Shown here: positions 38,344 through 49,893 of the stretch, piece after piece
Position numbering within the stretch: position 1 is the first letter of the stretch
Layout of the letters: every line of letters starts with the position of its first letter
Notes under the pieces: model-generated
Told to the model about the DNA's origin: nothing
Database searches by the model: none
What the model saw: only the letters and a program-made list of their open reading frames with translations
Position numbers and translations under genes: made by a program
Assembly (NCBI GenBank): GCA_950097015.1
Contig: CATNEN010000038.1
Span: forward strand, 7,068,001 to 7,132,000
DNA length: 64,000 nucleotides
From: Macrostomum hystrix
Taxonomy: Eukaryota; Animalia; Platyhelminthes
Direction of reading: 5' to 3'

Positions 38344-40333
38344 TCAAGCGATGGCATTCGCGTCCCAGTTAACGACCATGCCAGGCTCGCGTCGATCGTC
38401 GGTCGCGGCGGCCCGCTGGCGCTCCTCGATCGAGCCGTTCAAGCTTTGCGGCGGGGTGTAGGACTCACCCTCCCTGTGGTAGTAGCTGTTGGCCGCCTGC
38501 TCAATTCGCAGCACCCTCTCGCAGTCGGCCAGGTAGGTGAGGGAGCAGGCCAGGAAGGCAGCGCCGCCGAGCACGGACACAAAGCAGCAGCAGTACATGG
38601 CCTGCTGGAGGCCGTTATAGCGATCGCGCGTAGTCTGGGAGCCGTTAGCAATCAGAACAGAGGCCAGGCCGATCATGTAGGGCGAGCCGGCGTCGCCTAG
38701 CAAGTGGCCAACCAGGATGTTGATGCTGGTTGCCATGGAGCGTCTGGTTGGCACGGTGACTCGCAGCGTAATCTCATTTACGAGGGCCCAGTTCAGGCAG
38801 AGGAGAAACTCGGTGAGGAACATCAGGCTCAGGGTGAGGTAGATATTGACAGGCACCAGGAACAATGTGACCCACAGTGCAGGGCCCGCCAGAATCAAGC
38901 CGACGCCGTTCACAATAGGATCAATGCTGGGTATCCGGGAGCGAAGCTGTCTGGCCGTCTCGCTGCCAACAGACACGCCGACAATGCCCGCAACGCAGGT
39001 GACGACACCGAAGCCTAGGGAGGCCTGTTCGGAAGTGATGGTGCTATTTCTCATCTTCAGATTGAGGTCCAGCATCAGCGGCGTCCACCAGGATAGAGCG
39101 CCGGCTACGAAGGCAACGGCCGTGAAGCCTAGAGTGTTCAACACGAAGCTGCGATTGCGAAGCAGATGGCGCAGATCGTCCAGCCAGGAGGTGGCGTGCA
39201 TGTGGGTGGACTTCTCCGCCTGGCCTCTGGCCGGCTCGCGGAAAACCAGCAGCAGTAGGATCACACAGATCAGGCCTGTGGGCCACCCAGTAGCGGTTCA
39301 GTGAGGCTTAGTGACGCAACAGTAATTAGTTAATTAATATACTAAATAACATTACAGAGACGCTGAAACAACTAGGGCGGAATAATGAGGGACACAATTG
39401 GGGCAACAGATGATACGAAAGTGGAAAAAAAGTAGACAAGCGAGTGTTGTGAGCAGCGAGGGGTCATTGTGAGCAGTGAGGGATCATTGTGAGCAGTGAG
39501 GGGTCATTTGTGTGCAGTGAGGGATCATTGTGAGCAGTGAGGGGTCATTGTGAGCAGTGAGGGGTCATTGTGAGCAGTGAGGGGTCATTGTAAGCAGTGA
39601 GTGGTCATTGTGAGCAGTGAGGCGTCCTTTGTGAGCAGAACTTACCCAAGACAGGCGTTATGCGCAGCGCCCATCGCCAGTTGTCAGTTGCATGAGCGAC
39701 CTGGCCGCCAACAACATAGCCCAGACCGCTGCCCAGAGGCACCTGCAAGTTAAACACAATGAGAGCTACAGTCCTGGCGTCTCCAACAAACAAGTCGGCC
39801 ACAATGGGTGTGGACACTGTGTTGTAGGATGCCTCGCCGATGCCAACCAGGCAGCGGGTGAAGAGGAACAATCCGAAAGCGTTATTCGGCACAAACGAGC
39901 TAGCTAGAGTGACTGCGGACCAGACTAGCACACCGCCAAGCATGATGGTCTTGCGGCTCCAAAGGCTGCCTGGACTGCCCCGGTCGCCTAGGTAACCAAA
40001 CAGTGGACTGAGCAGCATGTAGGACACAATAAAGGAGGTCTGTAGCAGTCCAGCCCAGCTGTTTTCAATTCTATAGTCATTTTCAATCTGATTAAGCACT
40101 GCGGCTACAGTGAAGCGGTCCATGTAGTTGAGCAGGTTGATGCAGCACAGCACAGCCACTGATATCAGGGCCTGACAACGGCCCATTGGCTCCCCGCTAG
40201 AGCTGCCATCCAGCGGGGAGGCCGACCTATCCGATGTGGACACGGGCAGATCGTCGTACAAAGTCACGTGATCAACTTCTTCATTGTCAGTGATACGGGC
40301 AGTCTGGCTGGCATCAATAAAGGTGCCAGACAT
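38344..40333 (-). CDS. spns: Spinster-family MFS transporter (SPNS1/spin-like), about 539 aa; exons 40333-39646 and 39275-38344
   Basis: Diagnostic motifs INLLNYMDRFTVAAVL, GLLQTSFIVSYM, FGYLGDR, RCLVGIGEASY, PLGSGLGY, WRWALRITP, LCLNWA and HLLGDAGSPY. The phase-1 intron gives 1620 nt in frame. Confidence 0.93.
39446..39636. repeat. Intronic minisatellite, 20-21-bp unit (gggtcattgtgagcagtgag), about 9 copies
   Basis: Direct tandem repeat that begins a few bases inside the Spinster intron donor. Confidence 0.9.
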
Positions 40334-41188
40334 ATTAGTTTGCGGTGCTGAAGCCTTTTTGGAACCAGAATAGTCTGATCCTGTGCTTTAATTCAGGCTG
40401 CTAAAAGGCATTAAAAATGAGTAAAACTCAGATTCTGGATTGTTTACAAAAAGCAGGTTTTATAATGTTTAAACTTGTTTATAAGTATAAAAGTGGATTA
40501 GTCAAGTAAAAATGCTAAATCAAAGTTACGCCTTAACACTGAAGTTAACTTATCAATAACATGAAATCCTTTATTATTTTATTTGCAGTGAAAATTTATA
40601 AGTCATGTTTCTTAAACAAAGGTTCATTTTAAAGAAAAAGTTAATTTACTCTTATACTTAGCTGTGTAAAAATTTCAGAATAGACAATTATTTCTATTGC
40701 ATTGCAAGCATGTGAAATATTCAACTTTACAAATGAACATAGGACAAAAAGTATAAAAATAAAGTTAAAAAAATAATCTTAAAGACTATTTAAAACAAAA
40801 GCTAATAAACACCTACTAGCTATCATGGCTAGACAATTGTCAGTGCCACATTTTGTTTACTTCTACCAATTTTGGTTTTTATCTTTTTAAGTTAAAACAT
40901 TTGACAACTATTTTCAGAGTGCCATATATATATCATTTATCATATCTAAGCCTTATATTGGAATATATCTCCAAATCTCCAGAGCACTAAAACCAAACCA
41001 GTCATAAATTTTGAGCCCCCAACTATACCACACTAGTCACAACTTTTTGTGCACCACACTAGCAGTGGCCCATTTTTCACTGGACACTTGGCCCTATTTG
41101 CAATTGGTAGGGCCTAAACATTTCTATACAATATGTAATAGTTTTGATTTTTATGAGCAATCTATCTCTGTGACTAAAATTTACAGTA

Positions 41189-41885
41189 CACTCAGCAACA
41201 GTCAAAAGTTCCACCCCTATCGTGCCTAGTCAGAGATAACTTCTTGCTCACAATTCAACCCACGAGTTATGCAACTATGCCACGAGGAGGGAAGGGTGAT
41301 TGAATCAATAATAAACGCCAGTTGCCCAAAATCACAAGTTTAGTTTTTTATGCAATATGCAGTAAGAATTGCAATGCTTAATACCGTGTGTGGGATCCCC
41401 TCGCATGCAGAAGAGCGGCGACTATGTGGGACATCCCAAGATGAGGCGGTGCAGAAAGTCCTGGGGAAGTTGCTGCCAAGCATTTGCAATGGCGTTTGTT
41501 ATGCAGCTCTGCAACATTCTGTGGTGTGTTTTCATCTCAAATGCTGCACTTTAGAAAGTCCCAGACATGCTTGATTGGATTCATGTCTGGGGACTGGGAA
41601 GGCCAGTGCAGTGTGGATCTGTAGCTGCTCTTTCACTTGACCAAGTCCAACAGCATTGGCTTGGTGTGGTGGCCAATTTTGAAATCTTGTGTTTGTGGGG
41701 ATTAGACTGAAAATGTTGACTCTTAAGTTAACAGTTTTGTACCATTACACAGACTTAACCCCCCCCAAGTGACAATAAGCTTTGCTGCATGCCACAAGTT
41801 GTGTCACTCACAATAAGTGAGAAAAATTCCATCTCGCTCGGAGGAGAAGTTCCACCAAAGTGGAACTTTTGACTCTTGCTCAGTA
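41189..41885 (-). mobile_element. Internally deleted, decayed Tc1 element related to the intact copy at 46452
   Basis: TIR-like ends TA|cactcagcaacagtcaaaagttccac...gtggaacttttgactcttgctcagta|TA. The minus strand 41378-41660 reads, with frameshifts and stops, WPSQSPDMNPIKHVWDFLK..PQNVAEL..WQQLPQDFL..LLHARGSHTRY. Confidence 0.8.
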
Positions 41886-42579
41886 TATGTTATTTTCTAA
41901 GAAATGTGATAAAATTTGTATACAAATTTCCTATTTTGATAAAATTGCTCTTTTCAGTTTTAATAGGGCCTAAGCTTATCAGTTATAATAAGCTCTTTTG
42001 TTTAATATACAATGTTTATGTTAGTAATTTGGTTATCAAGGCAAAAGCTGATTGGTCAAAATATAATACAGAAAGTAGATCTAGTTAAAAAGATAAAGTA
42101 ATAAGTGAGAGAAATTACACTGTGTCTGATTGGTAAACCTTTGATGCACCAGAAGCCTTTGAAGACTGGACATAGCAAATAATATATAAATAATGAGTAA
42201 TTCTATAGAATTTTGGTGTTAAAAAGTGTCTTACTGCTCTGGCACTTAAGATTTGCTACCACTGCAATTGAATATACTCGTAGATATATAAAAAATAAGT
42301 GTTATACTTCTCTATTATAGCTTCCCTATAATTGGGCAAATTTAAATACATAGGCCTAACAAACATTGTTCATAATTATAAGCATATTGCAGTAGATAAA
42401 ATATGAAATTTACCATATAATAAATAGCCCTACAACAAATCTAAGCCCTATACAGAGTTGTCACATTTAAAATTACTTTTAGGCCACAAATTTAATGGTA
42501 AAAATTATTATAGCCAATAGGCCTAGCCATAAACCCAGGTCTAGGACTCTAGGGTCCTATTTATTCCCTAGAATCCTAG

Positions 42580-43277
42580 GGAATAAATAGGCCAGAAGCG
42601 AACCCACCGAACATTAAAGTCCGGGCTGAAAGCACGTGGCAAGAACTGGCTGCAGCAGCTACCCATCGTGCTTCTCGGAATGCGCATTTGTGCAGACAAG
42701 ACAGGTGCATCGCCATTCTCCATCGTTACCGGTGAGCGGTGAACAACCATTAGTCCCACCTGTAGTTGCCGACACCTCCTCTGTCAAGGAACTTTCCACA
42801 AGACTGCACCAACTTTTTTTTCCATATCGCCAACCACGAACGCGCGAGGTAAGAATTCATCTGCCAGCAGACTTGGCTGCATGCACCCACGTCTGGTTGC
42901 AACTAGATCGAGTTTGACGTCCCCTAGAAGCACCCTACCAGGACCCTATGCAGTGCTGGAGAGACACGAAACGACATTTACATTGGAAATCAATGGCAAG
43001 CCTTCTGTAGTGTCTATCGATCGAGTGAAACCAGCTACACTCCCAGCACCGGTACCAATTAGCAAAGCACCAGCAACTACTGTAACACCGGAAAACCCAC
43101 CGGCAGCAAACAAACATGCTAAAACCGCTTCCCACGTTCATTTTTCTACAGAACCATCTGTTAAACTGTTTTACGCAACTGAACCATTATTAACCTAACT
43201 GAAAATCGTTTTCTAACTGTTTCATAATGACAATCAAAACCTTTGCATAAACTCCGTTTTGGGTGGGGGGAGTATCT
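42580..43277 (+). mobile_element. Gypsy LTR-retrotransposon remnant: integrase C-terminus and polypurine tract
   Basis: Frameshifted NWLQQLPIVLLGMR...CTHVWLQLDRV...GPYAVLERHETTFTLEINGKPSVVSIDRVKPA (GPY/F module); PPT gggtggggggag at 43261. Confidence 0.8.
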
Positions 43278-44371
43278 TGTAGCAGCAAATTCACTTCTTT
43301 CTTTTGAGATAGGGTTTCCGATTGTTTTATTTTTCCTAGAAAGTGTTCCCGCAAAATAAAATTTTTTGTTTTAATGTTACGTAAATTTTGTTTAAATGCA
43401 CCATTTGTTTGTCTGCACCGAAAATTAAAATAGTTATACTGAAGTCGCGGAAGTGATGAGAAACTTTAGTATAAATACACCTGAAGCGAAGAGAGAAAAA
43501 CCAACTCGTACTACCTTGATTGGAAAGAGTTCAAAGTAAGAAAAGCTTGAATCTTAAAGTGTTCATATTGAAGTTATTTGCGAAAGAGACATCATGAAAG
43601 AGAAGGAAATAGAGTGAAGAAAAGCTGTAAATCTAGATCCACTGGTAAAGCCCAGAAGACGGACTGAAGACTAAATTGAAGGTTAACTGAATAATAATTG
43701 AAGAGTGCTAAAGACTGATAAAGACGGATAAAGACTGATAAAGACGGATAAAGACAGATAAAGATGGATAAAGATTAATACAGAGTAATTATAGAAATAA
43801 TACAGTAAAGTTATAAGTAGAAGGGGATATAGAGGAAAGATACCGGCCATACTGAAAGTATAACGCTACCATATTGAAAGTATAATGCTACCATATTTGG
43901 ATACATAAACGCTACCAATTTGAATTGAGATAAGAAACACATAAAGCGAATAATTAAAGACATTCATAAGATTGACAAAAGTATAAAAGGCCTACAACAA
44001 CTTTGGTAACAGCAATAGAATTAAAATTAGCCCGGTAACAACTTTGGTGGCATTATTAGGATTAATATTGAATAAGAAGGAAGCTCTAGGACAACCTTAG
44101 TAACAGCAGGTTGGGATTCGCATTATTGGAAATAAAGTTTAGTAAGAATATAGACAGAGGCCTAGGACACTTTTAACTCTTAATATTAAAAGATTCAAAT
44201 GGTACTTTTATTTCCCCCCTTACTGCTAATTTGTCTATGACCCTTGTTATCGATAGGTACAGTCGCCCGGTTAAGACTTAAATGTAACCCCACGACAAAA
44301 CTAAATAAACAAGCTCAAGCTTTTGCCGACTGTTGAATTTAACTAGTAACATTTGTAGCAAGTCAGCTACA
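43278..44371 (+). mobile_element. Putative LTR (TGTAGC...GCTACA) following the Gypsy PPT; right boundary uncertain
   Basis: TG start just after the PPT; TATA-like tataaata near 43470; aataaa near 44131; internal 10-bp tandem repeat at about 43710-43775; 6-bp inverted terminus at 44366-44371. Confidence 0.45.
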
Positions 44372-45603
44372 AAATTGGTATCAACAAGTATTTGACCTAT
44401 ATATTATCATGCATAAAATTAGGCAGGTTGCTTAAATGCTTGTTAGGCCTAATTTTATATTTAAGTCCAAGATCCCTACATATGCCTAGGCCCTAGCTAT
44501 AGTCTGAATTAACTTATGGCTTAAGACATTTCCCTTTATATATCTTATAGGCCCTATATATTCCCTTTATTCCCCTTTACAGGGGATATATATCCCCTTT
44601 ACAGGGTAAAGGGGAATAGTCAAACTTTTCAAAGTGACAAACTTCAACTCTTCAAGAGGCATAGGCCTAAAGGCTGGGGTTTGAACTTTATCACAAAGAA
44701 AATAATGCTAGGCCCTAGCTATTTCTTAAACAAGACACACTGTAGACCTATTCCCCATGGTCCTGCTATGGCATTTTTGTGTCACTTTTCTTACATATGT
44801 GGCTATAAAATCGGAAAAGCAAAGCTAGCAGTCTCGTCTGAAACAATTGTATACTTATACTCGTCTCAGCTTATGAGCCCTTATATAGATCTGAATTAAT
44901 AGATTTTTCCTATAGATAGGACGTACATCTTGCTAGAATGCTAGGTCTAGGTCTCTAGGATTTCTAGTTAGCTAGGACCTAGGGCTGGCTAGATGTCTAG
45001 ATCTAGATGCTTTCAGTCTTTTCAGATGATACATTTATAAATAACAAAGCTTATGTAAAGCGCTAATTGTATTGCAAAGCGTTGAAAAATACCATATATA
45101 CAAAGCTTATACTTTTGAGGTCTTCATGATAGCATGCGTATGCCTATGCCTCTTTGTGTTTTTACCTACATTGTCTCCATGACTTGCTATTTGGTACTAT
45201 TAGCCCATCTCTTTCTCGGAATTTCTTATTTCGAAAAGGCAATTTTTTCTTTGACAACTTTGCGGCTTTCTGAAGTCAAAACAAGGTAGCAAATAAATGC
45301 GTGAACTATGCTTAGGGGCCTAGCATAAAATGTCAAATACTTAAAATATATGTCTATATATACATCTCCTAAACCTTAGGAGATTTATGTCTCCAAGAGT
45401 GTGAGTTGCATCGCTACTGTCATTGTTTAGAAACTTTAGATTGAATACTCAGTTTGACAGCTAGGCTCCGCAGGCCGCAGGTTATGTATCTGTATAGGCA
45501 TATCTTAATTATTATACAATTTTTTCGTCTCTTCTATTGTCAATTAAGGTATACGTGTTCATAATTCATCCAGCCTCAGTGTTTGGCTGGTTTTCAGGCT
45601 CCC

Positions 45604-45753
45604 TCCCAGTGAACAGCTTGATCTCGATTCGACATCGAATGATTTTTTACTTATAACAGATTGTAAATTGCCCATGGGAAATTGCCCATGAAAATGATTT
45701 CGAGGTGGTGTTGTCGATTCGAGCTCGAATCGACGTCGGGCTGTTCACCGGGC
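45604..45753. mobile_element. Small MITE-like inverted-repeat element
   Basis: ccagtgaacagc...gctgttcaccgg inverted ends and internal palindrome gtcgattcgagctcgaatcgac. Confidence 0.45.
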
Positions 45754-46451
45754 TATGGTGTGTGCTCTCCAAGCTAAGCGTCGCTACTCATATCGACTTC
45801 GCCCGCGCGTAGCTTTTGGCCTGTCAGAACCCATCGACCTGCGGGGCTTTCATATAGGTTTGTATCGTGTCTGTGTAAAGGGGGTATAATTATTTGTACT
45901 GCGATGCGTCACTCGATCTGTGAAAGATGGGTGCAGAAGGACTGTGGTGTTTTAATTATAATTAGACTTGCTTAGTTTTAATTCCAGCTTCTGCCAATAC
46001 AACTTTTTCCAACTCACACTTTCCTTCAGCCTAGCTTTTTCTTTTACTATATTTATTCTTTACATTTTTTGTTCGCTTTTTTTACTAATTTCAAAATATT
46101 TTTTCAGTCTTTTTTTAACCCACGACAAAAACAGCTGGGTACACCGTTATGCGGATCACGACTGGGGCTCTTCGGCTAACCCCGCGCTATGAGGGCTCGA
46201 TATGAGGGGAAGCAAACAAGGAAAGCTAGCTGGTGGATCAACATCATTGACTACCGATCGAAAACTTCGCTGCTACATGATTGTCCCTCTCCTTTAGCTG
46301 CAATAGCTCCAAAAGCTCTGCCCTTCTTCGACGACTGATCCCTTCCTTACAAAAGTTAGGGAGTCCTTTATCTTCCCACTAGAAAAGAATGCATCTAAAA
46401 ATAAAGTGAGATATATGAGATGCAATTAGCTAATATATTTAGCTGCATTTA

Positions 46452-47901
46452 CACTCAGCCACATTGAAAAGTTTCCACCCTAGCGCGCGAAGGGGCAACG
46501 TTTTGGTCTGTGGAGATATTCGTGGTTTGAGCCATAGACAAATATATAATCCGGAATCGACCGAAGCAAAGGAACAGCAAAGAAACAAAGTACGCGAGCA
46601 TGGGTGACAACTCGCCCAGAACAGGGTCAGTAACGCGTATAGCAGCCACGTGAGTGCAGCAGAGCGCTCACTCTCCGGGGCATCCCCAGAACCAGGCGTC
46701 GCAGAAAATCTTGCGGTAGTTGTTGCCATGCAGTAGACAGTGATTCGCGCAGTTGGGCAACATTTTGCGGCGGATTGTCGCGCCGAATCGAGCGCTTCAG
46801 GTAATCCCAAACGTGCTCTATGGGATTCATGTCCGGTGATCGGGACGGCCAGCGCAAGGTTCGCAGGTGCAGCAGCTCCTTCAGATGCGCCACAGCGGCT
46901 GCGCGATGCGGTGGGGCGTTGTCGTCTTGGAGGACGCAGTTCCCCACGCCACCACATGAAGCATCAATGAAGGGCAGCAGGCGCGTCTGTAGAAGGTTGG
47001 CGTACGACTCGGCAGTCACAGTCGCATCCAGGAACACGAGCTCCGTCTTCGCGTGCATTGTGATGCCTGCCCACACGTGAATAATAGAAGCTGACTGGCT
47101 CTCAGAGTTTTGCACGTGCTGCGGCAGCATCTCCTGGCGCGGCTGGCGCCACACGCGAATGCGGCCGTCGGCACGGAACAATCGAAAGCGGCTCTCATCT
47201 GTGAAAATCACTCGCCGCCACTGCTGCTGCCTCCAGTGGACCCTTTGCATTGCCCATTGTTCCCGGCTGGCCACATGGGTTGGGGTCAGGCGTGACCGTT
47301 TGCGCATCTTACGGGATCGCAGCCCCGACTCCCGCAATCGTCGTCGGATGGTTTGGGCGCTCAGGACATTCCCTCGCCTGCTTCTTTCAGCGCACATCAG
47401 CCGTAGCAGGGTGGCTGGCAATGTGGGGCTTCCCTTTACCATTCGCAGCAATCGCCGGTCCGCCCTCCTAGTTGTACTGCGCATATTGAGCCGCAGGCCG
47501 CGCGTGGCGTGCGCCACGCTGCCCGTTTCTCTGCACTTGATCTGCAGTTTGCGGATTGCTGTGTGTGACCGCCCAATTTGGCGAGCAACAGCTCGGATGG
47601 ACATCCCAGCGTCCAGCATGCCAATGGCGCGCGCTCGTTCCAGGTCGGTCATTTGGCGAACCATTGCGTTCGGTTGCGAACGTGGATTTTAGACTCCTGT
47701 AAGATGCTGCTGTCTGCTCCATGTGACTGTTTCCTTCGACTTGTCTGGCGTCTATGACCCAAGTTTTTGAATTCTATGGCCCAAGTGCGTGTTGACGAAA
47801 TCATCAATCGTCTATGGCACAAGTCTGGCGACAAAAACCGGTTTTGAAACTCTAAATATACAACTTGCGCGAGGGTGGAAACTTTTCAATGTTGCTGAGT
47901 G
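46452..47901 (-). mobile_element. Full-length Tc1 (DD34E) DNA transposon, 1450 bp, TA TSD
   Basis: TIRs TA|cactcagccacattgaaaagtttccaccct ... agggtggaaacttttcaatgttgctgagtg|TA. Confidence 0.95.
46627..47664 (-). CDS. Tc1-family transposase, 345 aa, intact
   Basis: N-terminal HTH (SIRAVARQIGRSHTAI) and the FTDESRF, LQDDNAPPH and SPDMNPIEHVW motifs; 34 residues between the second D and the E. Confidence 0.95.
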   Translation of the reverse strand: MVRQMTDLERARAIGMLDAGMSIRAVARQIGRSHTAIRKLQIKCRETGSVAHATRGLRLNMRSTTRRADRRLLRMVKGSPTLPATLLRLMCAERSRRGNVLSAQTIRRRLRESGLRSRKMRKRSRLTPTHVASREQWAMQRVHWRQQQWRRVIFTDESRFRLFRADGRIRVWRQPRQEMLPQHVQNSESQSASIIHVWAGITMHAKTELVFLDATVTAESYANLLQTRLLPFIDASCGGVGNCVLQDDNAPPHRAAAVAHLKELLHLRTLRWPSRSPDMNPIEHVWDYLKRSIRRDNPPQNVAQLRESLSTAWQQLPQDFLRRLVLGMPRRVSALLHSRGCYTRY

Positions 47902-48089
47902 TATTTTGTAACTTGCGATGATGCGATGATATCAAGCAGGTCAGTATACTCGTAGTCAGTGTTATATCAACAACTGTGTGCTAAAGTGATTACTGCTCGC
48001 TGCTTATTAGCTTTATTAAAACACCACCAAGTGAGTCGTTTTGTTAGACTGTGTAAGACAATAACTGAACTCCAAACGCATAATATACC

Positions 48090-48330
48090 AATATTGATAG
48101 GCTGCAGAGGGCTGAAACGAGGTAAAATGTCGAGGCGCGTAGCGCCGAGGCGTTTCACCTCGTTTCAGCCCGAGCAGCCTATCCATATTAGTGTTGTAGT
48201 TAGCGGGCGTGAAACGCGTTTCACGGCCCGCCCGCTGTGCTTATCTATGGAACTCGACCATAGACAACAGTAGAGGGCGGGCTGCCGTTAGTTTCAACCT
48301 CGTTTCAACACGCGTAGGCTAACTACAATC
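48090..48330. repeat. Nested inverted-repeat (hairpin) element, probably a MITE
   Basis: Hairpin ataggctgc..gggctgaaacgaggt / acctcgtttcagccc..gcagcctat; palindrome gtgaaacgcgtttcac; tgtagttagc/gctaactaca pair. Confidence 0.55.
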
Positions 48331-49893
48331 TGCAGCTAAATAGGAAGAATTATAAAAATATTTTTATTACAGCCAAGAATTTTAAGCGACTGATCACTAT
48401 CACTAGCCAGGGTCGCGAAGCTTATGTCTATGGCCGGAGCTGAAGTTTTCTCAAGAAGCAAGAATTAATTCATCGGGTCAAAGGCTTCTGCTCGACGCAA
48501 ACAAGGACTTAGGATTCGCACATGTACGTATTATTAGTCATATAACTAATACGAGCGTAACTATTATGATTCTGAGCCATAGACATGTTGGCGCCCACTT
48601 AAACAATAGCTAATTTCCCGCTATACAAACGAAAAGCGGACAGGCCTTCTGCCATAGACAGTTTAAATCACTAAAATTGAACTGATTTATATAGTCCAAA
48701 TCTTTATAAGATTTATAAAGATTTAAGCGAAGCGAGGTGTATAGCCACACTCATGCATGGCCACAAAAGAAATTTATAACCTTGCCAGTTTAGTGGAGAG
48801 AGTTGTATCTCGTCAGGCCGTGCGACATCAGACGTTAGTTCAAAGGCTCTGAAATCTAGCACGATGAGATTTTACTTCTTCAACTGCATTGTGACAAGAG
48901 TGAGCAGCGATCCAACGGTCCGCCCTTTCCCAGCCCAGCCATGAATTGATTATTCCTCACATATTTTCTTATGTTTTTAAATACGATTGAATATCTCAGG
49001 GGCAACTAAAAATGTAATTCTTAGCATTGGTTCAACACAAAGGGGCTGCATGTATTAATTATTGTATTTATTTTTGTTGGGAATATAACCGGTACATGTG
49101 TAACCGAAACTTAGGGTATTGCCACCTTCTACACTCCGAATCAACTGAGGTTAGTTAAATTCTCTATCTTCGTGCATACAAGAAGTGCTCTATAGTCGCA
49201 AACATACAAAACTTGGCCTAAAATCAAGGTTGCCTTTGCATGAACGTACTACTACCATAGCAATAATTTGGCTGTCATTAAAGACCAGATCTCAGACTCA
49301 ATCCTCAGAATATAACCTGACACACTGCCAGATCCCCAACTTTGAACGAGACCTTGAAGCAGTTTTCCAGATCCTTCGAATTAGCTAAGCTTGAGCTTAA
49401 AACCGAGTAGTACTACTTTCAGTAGCATGCATGCGCTCGTACTTATAGGATTGAAGTATTCTATCTTCAAAAGCACAGTAACTAAGTGACCTTAGTTTTC
49501 TTGCAGCAAAAATAAATCCAGACTGCACAAAAATACTTTTCAAGAGACAACGGTAAAACTTTCAATGTTAACCTGCCACCAAAAGGAAACTTTCAATCAC
49601 TTTATTGCCGAACAAAACTCCTTATTACAATAATTATTTATATTTTTAGCTTTAATTAGCACTGATTTAGGGGATCTCGTAATCAAAAAAGCAAACAATA
49701 CTTTGCAGATTGTTATGATATAATAGTTTCAGAACAATTCTCACACACCATACAAGCACCCCAAAACTAACAATGGAACTTGAGACAAACGAACATGAAA
49801 CAGGTACTAATAATTTTTCGAGGTCCCAATTAAAATTTCCAAGTTTTTCCCAACTAAAAAATCATGCAGTTCAGAAAACAGAAAACTGGTCTA

